NCBI GenBank assembly: GCA_913043225.1 | Contig: CAJWLU010000031.1 | Coordinates: 1 to 32,796, forward strand | Direction: 5' to 3' | DNA length: 32,796 bases | Source: an uncultured Acidobacteriota bacterium | GTDB lineage: Bacteria; Acidobacteriota; Vicinamibacteria; Vicinamibacterales; UBA8438 | Part shown: positions 1 to 8,332 of the stretch, in pieces | Layout: every line of letters begins with the position of its first letter | Numbering within the stretch: the first letter of the stretch is position 1 | The notes under the pieces: generated by a model | Told to the model about the DNA's origin: nothing | What the model saw: the letters and a program-made list of their open reading frames with translations, nothing else | The model's database searches: none | Position numbers and translations under genes: made by a program

Positions 1-2
1 GC

Positions 3-260
3 CTGGTGATCCTCTTTTTGAATGGCTGCGCCGTAATGAATACCTCGGTAATGGAGACGGCTGAACCCCTCAACCCAGGTGCAATCCGCATCGGTGCAGA
101 ACTGTTTATTGGACCCGAATTAAGCAACGACATGTTTTTCGAAGATACCTATCAAGATAGCGTACTACAGATGCCAGCCACAGGAACCAGTATAGGTTTG
201 GGCGTGACGAAAAACCTCGAAATCTGTGGAAAACTTTGGCTACCTATATGGCTAGATTGA
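3..260 (+). CDS. Putative lipoprotein, 5'-partial and possibly 3'-truncated; AT-rich island cargo
   Basis: Frame is open from the window edge; hydrophobic stretch ends in a lipobox-like LFLNGC; its TGA overlaps the next ATG (TGATG at 258-262). Confidence 0.5.
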   Translation: MVILFLNGCAVMNTSVMETAEPLNPGAIRIGAELFIGPELSNDMFFEDTYQDSVLQMPATGTSIGLGVTKNLEICGKLWLPIWLD

Positions 261-724
261 TGAAGAAATTCCTCCCCAAAATGACCCTTTTGCTGTTGAT
301 GATTTCAATGGTGGGTGGGGTTTATGGTCAGGATATATCGAACCCAAATGAAGTTGCTATACAAGCAACAGACAATTTCCTAAAAGCTTTTAATGCAAAA
401 GATGCAGTTGAGTGGGCAACAACATTGAATTATCCCCATATAAGGTTTTCGAATGGTTCAGTTACAACTTGGGATTCCGAAGAAGAATATGCAGAAATGG
501 CTAAAAGTAGATTTATAACCCTCGTAAGCAACGGCTGGGATCACAGTCGTTGGTTAAAGCGTGAAGTTACACTTTCTTCTGAAGATAAAATTCATGTTTC
601 GATGGAATTTGAACGCTTCAATGCTGAAGATGAATCACTTGGTGTCTATCAGGCACTTTACATCGTGACTAATATCAATGGCGATTGGGGTATTCAGGGT
701 ATTTCGACCATCACACCCTATTAA
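260..724 (+). CDS. Exported SnoaL/NTF2-like fold hypothetical protein
   Basis: ATG at 260 is coupled to the upstream stop; signal peptide MKKFLPKMTLLLLMISMVGGVYG-Q; NTF2-like pattern (FLKAFNAKD...YPHIRF...YIVTNINGDWGIQGIS); strongly AT-rich. Confidence 0.7.
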   Translation: MKKFLPKMTLLLLMISMVGGVYGQDISNPNEVAIQATDNFLKAFNAKDAVEWATTLNYPHIRFSNGSVTTWDSEEEYAEMAKSRFITLVSNGWDHSRWLKREVTLSSEDKIHVSMEFERFNAEDESLGVYQALYIVTNINGDWGIQGISTITPY

Positions 725-784
725 AATTTACCGCTTTATTTAAAGTCCTTCACTGCATCCAGATCGCAATAACCCCCGACCGAC

Positions 785-1162
785 TCACATAAGCACTGAT
801 CGGACCCCATCAGGCCTATGACTCGGCGAAGGCCGGTGGTCAATCCGCGCGATCTGGTTGGCGCGATGTTGCCAGATCGCCCGCTCGTCACCGTCCTGGA
901 CGTAATAGTCGCTCTGCTCATTCCCCACGGCATAGGCGAGCTCGCCGCGGCGCTCCTCGAAGGCGTCTTCGATGTATTTCAGGAAGAGGAGGCCCAGCAC
1001 CACGTGCTTGTACTCGGCCGGGTCCACGTTGTTGCGCAGCAGGTCTGCCGCCGCCCACAACTTGGCCTCGAACCCAAGCCCGCCTTGCGGGCTCGCCTCC
1101 GCCCCCTCTTTCGCCTTGCCTTTACGAGCTGCTTTCTTGCGAGCCGATTTCTTTGCTGCCAA
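785..1162 (-). pseudogene. hsdM: Truncated type I restriction-modification methyltransferase subunit (HsdM N-terminal domain only)
   Basis: TTG start with a [45 protein letters not shown] is a typical HsdM_N sequence; similarity is lost near 878 and no catalytic domain follows. Confidence 0.85.
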
Positions 1163-1293
1163 CGCGGGACCCTCGTGGTGAAGTCCCTATCATGCCAGCG
1201 CTAGGTGCGACGGGGAACCCGCCCTCGCCGCCTTTTCCAGCGAAGTCGCTTCCCGGTCACACGCTGGTAGCTCTCGCGAGCATCCCACCCGAG

Positions 1294-1638
1294 GCGTACC
1301 TGCGGGCCATCGAGCAGCACCAGGCCGCCAACCAGTCCTACATGGAGGAGGGCGTCCGACTTCTCGAACTCGCACGCAACGCTCGGCGGCTCTTCGAGAA
1401 GCAGGAAGCCCGCGAGAAGCGGCGTTTGCTCGACTTCCTGGTTTCGAACTGCTCGTGGCGGGACGGGGAGCTCAAGGCGGATTTCCGCCAACCGTTTGAC
1501 CTGCTGGCAGATACGGCTGCGGCCGCGGCGCAGGCAGCCACCACCGAGGCGTCAGATCGTGTGAAAAGAGAGATTTGGCTGGGAGGCAGGGATTCGAACC
1601 CCGATTACACGGTCCAGAGCCGCGTGTCCTACCATTGA
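1294..1638 (+). pseudogene. C-terminal remnant of a large serine recombinase (integrase) reading into tRNA-Gln
   Basis: IEQHQAANQSYMEEGVRLLELA...EKRRLLDFLVSNCSWRDGEL..FRQPFDLLA matches the C-terminal coiled-coil region of island-borne serine recombinases; the catalytic N-terminus is absent; the frame ends in WLGGRDSNP, which is antisense tRNA. Confidence 0.75.
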
Positions 1639-1649
1639 ACGACCTCCCA
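1576..1649 (-). tRNA. tRNA-Gln (anticodon CTG)
   Basis: Minus strand TGGGAGGTCGTTCAATGGTAGGACACGCGGCT-CTG-GACCGTGTAATCGGGGTTCGAATCCCTGCCTCCCAGCCA; 74 nt cloverleaf, GTTCGAATC T-loop, encoded CCA. Confidence 0.97.
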
Positions 1650-1667
1650 GCAACAGTAGGGTCTTCG

Positions 1668-1697
1668 ATTATATCGAAGCGCTCGCGCCAGCGGCAA
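1668..1697 (-). promoter_or_regulatory. Sigma70-type promoter for tRNA-Gln
   Basis: Minus strand TTGCCG (1697-1692), 18-bp spacer, TATAAT (1673-1668), about 18 nt upstream of the mature tRNA. Confidence 0.65.
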
Positions 1698-1711
1698 CGG
1701 CGCCACCGCCG

Positions 1712-2899
1712 CTATAGCGCACTCAGTCTGAACTTCTGGATCGCCGCGATCTGAGCCAAGCCCTGCCTCGCTTGGGCCTCGGTATCCGGACTCGGATTCA
1801 TCCCAAGCGCCTCGACCAGATGCTGATAGGCGGCGGTGGGCTGACCGAACGACCGGAGTTGCAGCAAGCCGGCGGCAACGTGGGCCGCCGCCGCGGTCTG
1901 GCCAATGGGATAGTCGCGAATGTGGCGCTGGAAGAGCGCCAGGGCGGCGTGCGGGTGCCCCTTCGCGGCCATCCAGTTGCCCAGCCGCATCGAGTGGTCT
2001 TCGCTAAGTAGCCGCCGGGTCTCGTTCGTCGAGAGCCCGACGTATTGCCGCGCCGCCTCATCGAAGTCACCCTCCGCGATAAGCCCGGCCAGGCTCCCAG
2101 GTGGCGCGGTTGAAGCGACCGGTCTGGCGGGATCCCGAAACTCCTGCGGTCTGATCTCCAGTGACCGGCGGTTGAGCACCCAGGCCACGGCCAGACCCCC
2201 GATGAACCCGCCGATGTGCGCACCGTAGGCGACTCCGCTTCCCCGGCCGCCCGACACCAGCAAGGGGAGCAGGTTGTCGGCAATCACATAGAAGCCGAGC
2301 ACGAGGCGCGCTGGAGCGTGGATCACGTTCATGAAGAACGGAAACAGCATGACCCACAGCCGGACGCGGTTGCGGGGAAACCAGACGAAATAGAACCCGA
2401 GGACCCCGGAGATGGCGCCCGATGCGCCAAGCAGGGGCAGCGCCGATGCGCTCGACAAGACCCCGTGGAAGAGGGTGGCCGCGATGCCGGTGCCGAAGTA
2501 GGCTGCCAGGAAGCGAAGCCGGCCCAGCCGGTACTCCACGTTGTCGCCATAGATCCACAGGAACAGCATGTTGCCGGCCAGATGGAGAAACCCGGCGTGC
2601 AGGAACATGGCCGACAGCAGATCCACGCCCTGCGGGGCGGCAGGGCGGAATCCCCACCGAAAGACGAATAGGTCGTACTCGGTCAGGCTCCGGGCAATCG
2701 CCTCGAGCGGCACGCGGCCCGGGATCGACTCGGCCACCGCTCGAACGTAGTCGAGGACCGCCGGGTCATTGAGCTCGGGGCGGACGAAACTCAGAGGCAG
2801 CGTGATGAACAGATAGGCGACGCAGTTCACCGCAATGAGCGCATAGGTCACAACCGGGACATCACGAGGGTTCGGCTCGTCGCCGAGCGGCAGGATCAT
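1712..2899 (-). CDS. Rhomboid family intramembrane serine protease with C-terminal TPR-like domain
   Basis: MFLHAGFLHLAGNMLFLWIYGDNVE, catalytic GASGAISG, and AHIGG; helical TPR-like tail. Confidence 0.93.
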   Translation of the reverse strand: MILPLGDEPNPRDVPVVTYALIAVNCVAYLFITLPLSFVRPELNDPAVLDYVRAVAESIPGRVPLEAIARSLTEYDLFVFRWGFRPAAPQGVDLLSAMFLHAGFLHLAGNMLFLWIYGDNVEYRLGRLRFLAAYFGTGIAATLFHGVLSSASALPLLGASGAISGVLGFYFVWFPRNRVRLWVMLFPFFMNVIHAPARLVLGFYVIADNLLPLLVSGGRGSGVAYGAHIGGFIGGLAVAWVLNRRSLEIRPQEFRDPARPVASTAPPGSLAGLIAEGDFDEAARQYVGLSTNETRRLLSEDHSMRLGNWMAAKGHPHAALALFQRHIRDYPIGQTAAAAHVAAGLLQLRSFGQPTAAYQHLVEALGMNPSPDTEAQARQGLAQIAAIQKFRLSAL

Positions 2900-3076
2900 C
2901 GCTGGTGCGGAAACTCGAGGACCACCCGGCCCTGAGTCTGAAATGTTACGTCAGTTCACGGGTATCCTCGCTGCGCGACGGACGCCGGAACCCAGAATGG
3001 CGGTTCGTGATCGCAGGACCCGGGTGCCACGGCCACCGAAGGTTGAAGTTGAAGCGTTAGCGGTTATCTCGCCCAG

Positions 3077-3502
3077 CTAGAGGTTCAGGGTTTCGAGGCG
3101 ATGGGCGATCTCATCGCGCGTGTGCTGGAAGCGGGCGCGCTGCTCGGCCTCGGCGCCGGCTCCTGCCGGGTCGGGAAGCGGCCACGCAAGGTGCCGTACC
3201 CGGGCGGGAAACACCGGACACACTTCCTCCGCGCACAGGGTAATCACGACATCGACTTCGGCAGGATCGATGCTGTCGACATGCTTCGACGTGTGCTGCC
3301 TGATGTCGATCCCGATATCAGCCAGTGCCTCGATGGCGAACGGATTCACCGCGGAGGGCTGTGAGCCCGCGCTCTGGACGCGAGCCCGGTCGCCGAAACG
3401 TGCGCGCGCGAGCCCCTCGGCCATCTGACTACGTGCCGAGTTGGCAACGCAGAGAAACAGGAGCCCGGGTGCGGACTCACCGGCCGAGGCCGTGGTCATC
3501 AT
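3077..3502 (-). CDS. arsC: Arsenate reductase, thioredoxin-coupled LMW-PTP family
   Basis: [17 protein letters not shown]-loop, [17 protein letters not shown]; start placed at ATG 3502 after a GGAG RBS. Confidence 0.88.
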   Translation of the reverse strand: MMTTASAGESAPGLLFLCVANSARSQMAEGLARARFGDRARVQSAGSQPSAVNPFAIEALADIGIDIRQHTSKHVDSIDPAEVDVVITLCAEEVCPVFPARVRHLAWPLPDPAGAGAEAEQRARFQHTRDEIAHRLETLNL

Positions 3503-3515
3503 GTGATCTCCGGTC

Positions 3516-3638
3516 TCAGAATACCGCCGCCGGCGCCTGGACTCGAATGAACACGCTGTCGACCGCGTCCACGACCTGCGCCGAGTCGAACCCGACCTCG
3601 GTGTGAAACCAAGCCAGGTCTCCTGGCAATGTGAGGAG
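3516..3638 (-). pseudogene. Orphan 3' gene fragment upstream of arsC, possibly the end of an arsenite methyltransferase
   Basis: Frame [40 protein letters not shown] has host-like codons and stops just before the arsC RBS; it has no start codon; SVFIRVQAP weakly resembles the ArsM SAFIRAxKP end. Confidence 0.3.
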
Positions 3639-4002
3639 TCAGCACGCTTGGTGTCCCCGTTATGTTGGCCTGGCACCGTTGACGTTAGAGTGGAATCTGG
3701 CTCTCAAGGGTGTACGTCAAGAACACGGCAAAGCTGCGATGGCTCTACGCGATGGGACATGAGTGGAAGGCCAGTGCAAATAGTGTCGAGAATAATGGCA
3801 GCTGGTGTCGGTACGCTGTCGCGTAACGGCGGTAGGATCGACGTCACCGCCACTGTGTGGGAACTGAGGTGAGTCGGTGAAGTAACTCGCCGGTGGCGCT
3901 GCACTGGAAACGGCGGCGCAGGGCTTACTGCGGCTCAGAGCCTACCCGAAGCGGGAGCGGCGGCGCCGGACAGTCTAAGGTGCCCGAAGGTTGGCCCTGT
4001 CG

Positions 4003-4932
4003 ATGTCTACGAGCAACGTGCTGGTCTGTGACCGTGACGGCGACGCCTGGGCCAGGGTCGTACGGCGCAGGCGACCAGACCTTGATCTGCGGGTCAGGAC
4101 GCCGAGCGCCATCACTTCCGAGGACCTAGCCTGGGCGGACACCCTGGTCGGCTTCGCCGCCGGGGTCGATCTCTCGCGGTCATCCATCCGTTGGGTGCAT
4201 TCCACCGGCGCCGGGGTTGACGCGCTGATCGCGCCCGGGTGGCCGCCGCATGTGCAACTGACCCGCTCACCGGGAAGTCTTGGCGACCGGATCGCCGAGT
4301 ACTGCCTAGCCCAGGCTCTCGCGCACACCCAGCGACTCGACGATTTCCGCCGGGAGCAGGCCGGCCGGCACTGGTCGCCCCATCGCCCGCGCACCCTGTC
4401 CGGCACAACCATCGTGGCGGTTGGCACGGGCACGATCGGGTGCGCCATCGCCGGTCGGTTCGAAGCCCTCGGCTGCACCACCGTTGGCGTCTCCCGACGC
4501 GGACGACCCACGCCCCCCTTCAGTGCCGTGCACGCCTCCGACGCGCTGGGCACTCTGGTGGATACCGCCGACTGGCTGGTCCTGGCCGCGCCGTTGACCG
4601 CCTCGACACGGGGACTCGTCGACGATGCGATCCTCTCGCGCTGCCGCGGCACCTACCTGATCAACGTGGCCCGCAGCAGGCTGATCGACGACGAGGCGTT
4701 GAGAAAGGCACTCGGTTCGGGGAAGGTGACTGGAGCGAGCCTGGATGTATTCGATGATGAACCGTTACCGGAGACATCTGTTTGGTGGGACACCCCGGGC
4801 GTACGGATCACACCTCACATCGCAGGAGTAACCGTGGTCGAGGAGGCCACGGCGGCGTTCCTCGAGGAACTGGAGCGCCGGGACACTAACCGACCACCCC
4901 GCTGGCCAGTCAATCCAGCAGCCGGTTACTGA
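4003..4932 (+). CDS. D-isomer-specific 2-hydroxyacid dehydrogenase (NAD(P)-binding)
   Basis: WVHSTGAGVD, GTGTIG Rossmann motif, LINVAR, LDVFDDEPLP, ITPHIAG. Confidence 0.93.
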   Translation: MSTSNVLVCDRDGDAWARVVRRRRPDLDLRVRTPSAITSEDLAWADTLVGFAAGVDLSRSSIRWVHSTGAGVDALIAPGWPPHVQLTRSPGSLGDRIAEYCLAQALAHTQRLDDFRREQAGRHWSPHRPRTLSGTTIVAVGTGTIGCAIAGRFEALGCTTVGVSRRGRPTPPFSAVHASDALGTLVDTADWLVLAAPLTASTRGLVDDAILSRCRGTYLINVARSRLIDDEALRKALGSGKVTGASLDVFDDEPLPETSVWWDTPGVRITPHIAGVTVVEEATAAFLEELERRDTNRPPRWPVNPAAGY

Positions 4933-4935
4933 CCG

Positions 4936-5694
4936 CTACTGATCGTTGGTTTGGTCCACAGCGCGATAGCTCATCGACTCGTCGTACTCAAGCACGGTAC
5001 GCTCGACCGAAGTCACCACCCCGCTCAGCACCGAGGCGGCCCGACCCGAGTCATCGCCGAAGGCGCGCAGGATGCTCCCACGTCCCAGTTCGCTGTAGCT
5101 TCGCAGGTTCTCGACAATCTGCCAGACCACCGGGCCAGGCCCGAACTGACGCTGGTAAATGCCGAACACCACCCCGGCCTCGCGGAACGCGTTCAGGTTC
5201 TCGCGCAGGAACGCCTCGAACTCCGGCCCCCTCCCTGGCGCAACCTCCACATTTGACAGCCGGGCGATAGAGAACCCGCTGACGTCATCCGACTCGACGC
5301 TCAGGTCCGGCCGATACCGCACCGCATAGGTCTGCCTGGAGTCGGTGTACTCCCGCAGTCGATCGAGCACCCGGTCGAGCCGGCGGGCGTCGAGCCCACG
5401 CGCAAGCGCGCCGCCGGTGTCCAGATCCGCGAAGTCATCCAGCGGCTCGACAAAGAGACGGCGGTAGACGTCCCCGAACTCCCCCGTTTGCCACGCCGAC
5501 CGCCAAGGCACGCCGGCCCGCCGCAACGCGGGGTTGATCTCATCCCTATAGAGCTCGATAAAGTCCTCGAGCTTGTCGGGCTTCACCTGGACATACTGCG
5601 CGCGCATCCACGAGCCACCGTCCTGCGCCTCGGCGATAGCGAGCGGACCGAACAGAGCAATCCCCACTCCGGCAACCAGCAGGCGAACGTTCAT
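4936..5694 (-). CDS. Exported hypothetical protein with two dimeric alpha/beta-barrel (NIPSNAP-like) repeats
   Basis: Signal peptide ending AEA-Q; internal duplication VQVKPDKLEDF / VEVAPGRGPEF; GGAG RBS. Confidence 0.75.
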   Translation of the reverse strand: MNVRLLVAGVGIALFGPLAIAEAQDGGSWMRAQYVQVKPDKLEDFIELYRDEINPALRRAGVPWRSAWQTGEFGDVYRRLFVEPLDDFADLDTGGALARGLDARRLDRVLDRLREYTDSRQTYAVRYRPDLSVESDDVSGFSIARLSNVEVAPGRGPEFEAFLRENLNAFREAGVVFGIYQRQFGPGPVVWQIVENLRSYSELGRGSILRAFGDDSGRAASVLSGVVTSVERTVLEYDESMSYRAVDQTNDQ

Positions 5695-5882
5695 GGCATC
5701 CTCCGTGACTCTCCGAGGGCGTGGCCCATAGCCTACTTGACCCCTATCGGCACTTCACGGTCTAGGGATCGCCCCGCGTGGTTCCAGGTCCGGAGCGCAG
5801 GAGCAACACAGCGCCTAAGGTCGCCCGGGTCTGGCACTGCGGCGAGACCGTGACTCTGACATCGAGATGTCGGCCCACATCG

Positions 5883-6383
5883 CTACTGCCGGCAGTGCAG
5901 GCTGACGTGTTCGAAATCGGTGACCAGCAGCAGCTCCGCTCCATCCGGCGTGGTCCGGCTCTGACCTATCGAGGAACCCGGATCCGTGAAGAGATCGGGC
6001 GAAGCTCCGCCGTGGCCGAACGGAGTGGTGCGTCCCTGATCCGGTCGGCCAAAGCCCCGCGGCGCCTCGACAATGGCGACCGACCGCGGCTCGGGAAACG
6101 TAAGGTGTCCGGTGACGTCGATCTCGTGCCGCTCGTGATTCGAGAGGTCAGCCATTAGGTCGGAATCGCCCGCGAGCGAGAAACGTGTGCCCTGCCGAAC
6201 ATCCTCGACGCGGCCCGGCGTCTGGTGCTCTGGCTCATTCGGGTAGAGAATCCACCAGAAGCCGTCGGCGCGGAGACACCCCCGAATGGTCGTGGGCTCG
6301 TCGGCGCTAGCTCCGTGCTGGCCAGGCTGCGCGAAGACCGCCGCCGGGAGCAGACAAACGGCAAGACAGATAGCGCGTCGCAT
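5883..6383 (-). CDS. Exported hypothetical protein
   Basis: GAGGAG RBS; signal peptide ending VFA-Q; TIRGCL near the N-terminus and a terminal Cys suggest a disulfide. Confidence 0.7.
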   Translation of the reverse strand: MRRAICLAVCLLPAAVFAQPGQHGASADEPTTIRGCLRADGFWWILYPNEPEHQTPGRVEDVRQGTRFSLAGDSDLMADLSNHERHEIDVTGHLTFPEPRSVAIVEAPRGFGRPDQGRTTPFGHGGASPDLFTDPGSSIGQSRTTPDGAELLLVTDFEHVSLHCRQ

Positions 6384-6467
6384 AGATATTCTCCTCGGCC
6401 GTTGCTGGCTGGGATGAGAGCGCGCTGCAGCGCACCCTCGGTATCCTACTGCTAACGAGATTCATCG

Positions 6468-7982
6468 ATGCCCTCTGACCCAGCCATCTCCAACCTCATC
6501 GACCAGCTCGCGGCACCCGCGGCCGAGGCGGATGCCGCTGGGTCGAAGCTGATAGCGCTGGGGGCGGCGGTGGTGGCGGTGCTGGTCGACCGGTTCCCCG
6601 ACGCGCCCACCCCGGTCCGACGCCGGCTGGCCTATCTACTGGGTCGATATGACCTGGCAAGCGGTGACGCCGCGCGGCTAATCACGACCCTCGTCGCGGC
6701 TGTCGAGGATGGCGACTGGAAGGTACGACGGAACGCGGCGGTAAGTCTCGGCACCCTGAGGGCCACCGCCGCAACCGAAGCCCTTCTGGGCCAGGTAGCC
6801 GTAGAGGACGACGACCGCGTTCGGCCGTCACTGCTCCTGGCGCTCGGCCGCACCGCATCGCCCGAGCATCTAGACCGGCTACGTACGCTCCAGCTCTCAA
6901 CGCCGCGCGACCGTGAAACCGCGGCCAAGATGATCGATAGCGTCTCGGCACGCTCCGATTCGAAAGTCGGAGTTCGAGGAGACGTGACACCTGGGCTCGG
7001 ACCGGCGCGGTTCGAGCTCTGGACTCGGTCAGGCGTCGCCGCGATCGCGGCCGTCGAAGCCAAGGCCGCCGGGATTGAGGCGGAACCGATCGCACCCGAC
7101 CGGGTACAGATCGGAGCCTCTGCCACGCTCGACCAGCTAGGAACCATCCGCGCCGCACTGTTCCCAGCGGTGACGCTCTGGATCAACGCGCCCGCCGGCG
7201 AACCCGTCGCACTCGGGAAGGCGGTCTCCGATGGCCTGAGGCCCGCGCTGGAAGCACTGACCGACGGGAACGTCTCTTACCGGATCACACTGGACAGCGC
7301 CTTGACAGTCGTCGGGCAGCGGGCCACGTGGATCCGCGCCTTCGCGTCCGCGGCCGATAGCCTCGTGAACCGGGCCACCAGCTACACCTGGGAACTTCGG
7401 GTGCGCGCCGACAACACCGGGACCCTCGTCGGCGCTCGGCCGGCCGCACTCGAGGACACCCGATTTAGCTACCGGGGAGCAGACGTCCCCGCCGCCCTCC
7501 ACCCGTCCCTCGCCGCAGCTGCTGTGCGGCTGGCGACGCCGCGACGCGACGATGTCGTGGTCGACCCCTGCTGCGGCAGCGGCACTCTGCTGGCGGAACG
7601 TGCCGTGGCGGGTCCCTATCGAGCGCTCCATGGCTTCGACCGCGATGGCCGGGCAATCTCCGCCGCCAGACGCAATCTAACAGGGCTCGAACGGATCCGC
7701 CTGGCCCGAACTGACCTCGCCGCCCTGGACGATGTCGACCGTCCGACGCTGGTCATTACCAACCCTCCCTATGGTCGACGGGTCAGCGACAATCGCAGCG
7801 CCCGCACCCTCCACCAGCGGTTGGATGCGGTAGTGGCTGACCGACTCGCTCCTGGTGGGCGCTTCGTGGTTTTCAGACCACCCGGGTTTGAGACGCCAAA
7901 GGGACTGCAGGTCGAACGGTCGATCCGGGTAGACGCCGGCGGTATCCCGGTAGATCTCCTCCTGGCAACGCGGGCTCGCTAG
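6468..7982 (+). CDS. HEAT-repeat protein fused to a UPF0020/RlmL-Trm14-type SAM-dependent RNA methyltransferase
   Basis: N-terminal HEAT repeats (DWKVRRNAAVSLG, DRVRPSLLLALG); C-terminal AALHPSLAAA, DPCCGSGTLLAE, VITNPPYG. Confidence 0.85.
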   Translation: MPSDPAISNLIDQLAAPAAEADAAGSKLIALGAAVVAVLVDRFPDAPTPVRRRLAYLLGRYDLASGDAARLITTLVAAVEDGDWKVRRNAAVSLGTLRATAATEALLGQVAVEDDDRVRPSLLLALGRTASPEHLDRLRTLQLSTPRDRETAAKMIDSVSARSDSKVGVRGDVTPGLGPARFELWTRSGVAAIAAVEAKAAGIEAEPIAPDRVQIGASATLDQLGTIRAALFPAVTLWINAPAGEPVALGKAVSDGLRPALEALTDGNVSYRITLDSALTVVGQRATWIRAFASAADSLVNRATSYTWELRVRADNTGTLVGARPAALEDTRFSYRGADVPAALHPSLAAAAVRLATPRRDDVVVDPCCGSGTLLAERAVAGPYRALHGFDRDGRAISAARRNLTGLERIRLARTDLAALDDVDRPTLVITNPPYGRRVSDNRSARTLHQRLDAVVADRLAPGGRFVVFRPPGFETPKGLQVERSIRVDAGGIPVDLLLATRAR

Positions 7983-8085
7983 CCGCATCGCCTCGGTGGG
8001 GAGTGATGTTTCCCCGACGGATCTCATTCCTTATACCGTCGTTACTCGAGCTTCCTAGGCTCAAACTCGTTGAAGGTGTCAACCA

Positions 8086-8214
8086 ATGAGTCGTCGTATC
8101 TATATCGAATTCGTCTTCTTCCTTCTGGGCTTGGGGGTCGGCTCCGCCTCGGCGCAGAACGCTACCACCAGCACTCTGGGCGGGGTAGTGCGCGACGACC
8201 TCCGCAGTCGCTAG
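8086..8214 (+). pseudogene. Truncated N-terminus of a TonB-dependent receptor / carboxypeptidase-regulatory-like domain protein
   Basis: MSRRIYIEFVFFLLGLGVGSASA-QNATTSTLGGVVRDD then a stop: signal peptide plus the typical first strand of this domain; 42 aa, below the ORF-track cutoff. Confidence 0.6.
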
Positions 8215-8332
8215 CAGGGCCAGCTCGGCATCCGCTACTCGTTCGGCCGCTAACTCTGATTGCACTCCTGTCGGTCACCGAGGGGGCCTCTCCGCCTGCT
8301 ATCATCAGCAGACGGCCTCCCGGTGATCACCC

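Larger units (their letters stand above)
1..1600. mobile_element. Right end of a degraded integrative element inserted at the tRNA-Gln 3' end
   Basis: Recombinase remnant abuts the tRNA 3' end; R-M remnant and AT-rich cargo lie inside; the other boundary is outside the window. Confidence 0.65.

Noticed and set aside
3503..3676. 199-aa long form of ArsC
   Set aside because: The extension has no ArsC character; the RBS and family start point to ATG 3502.
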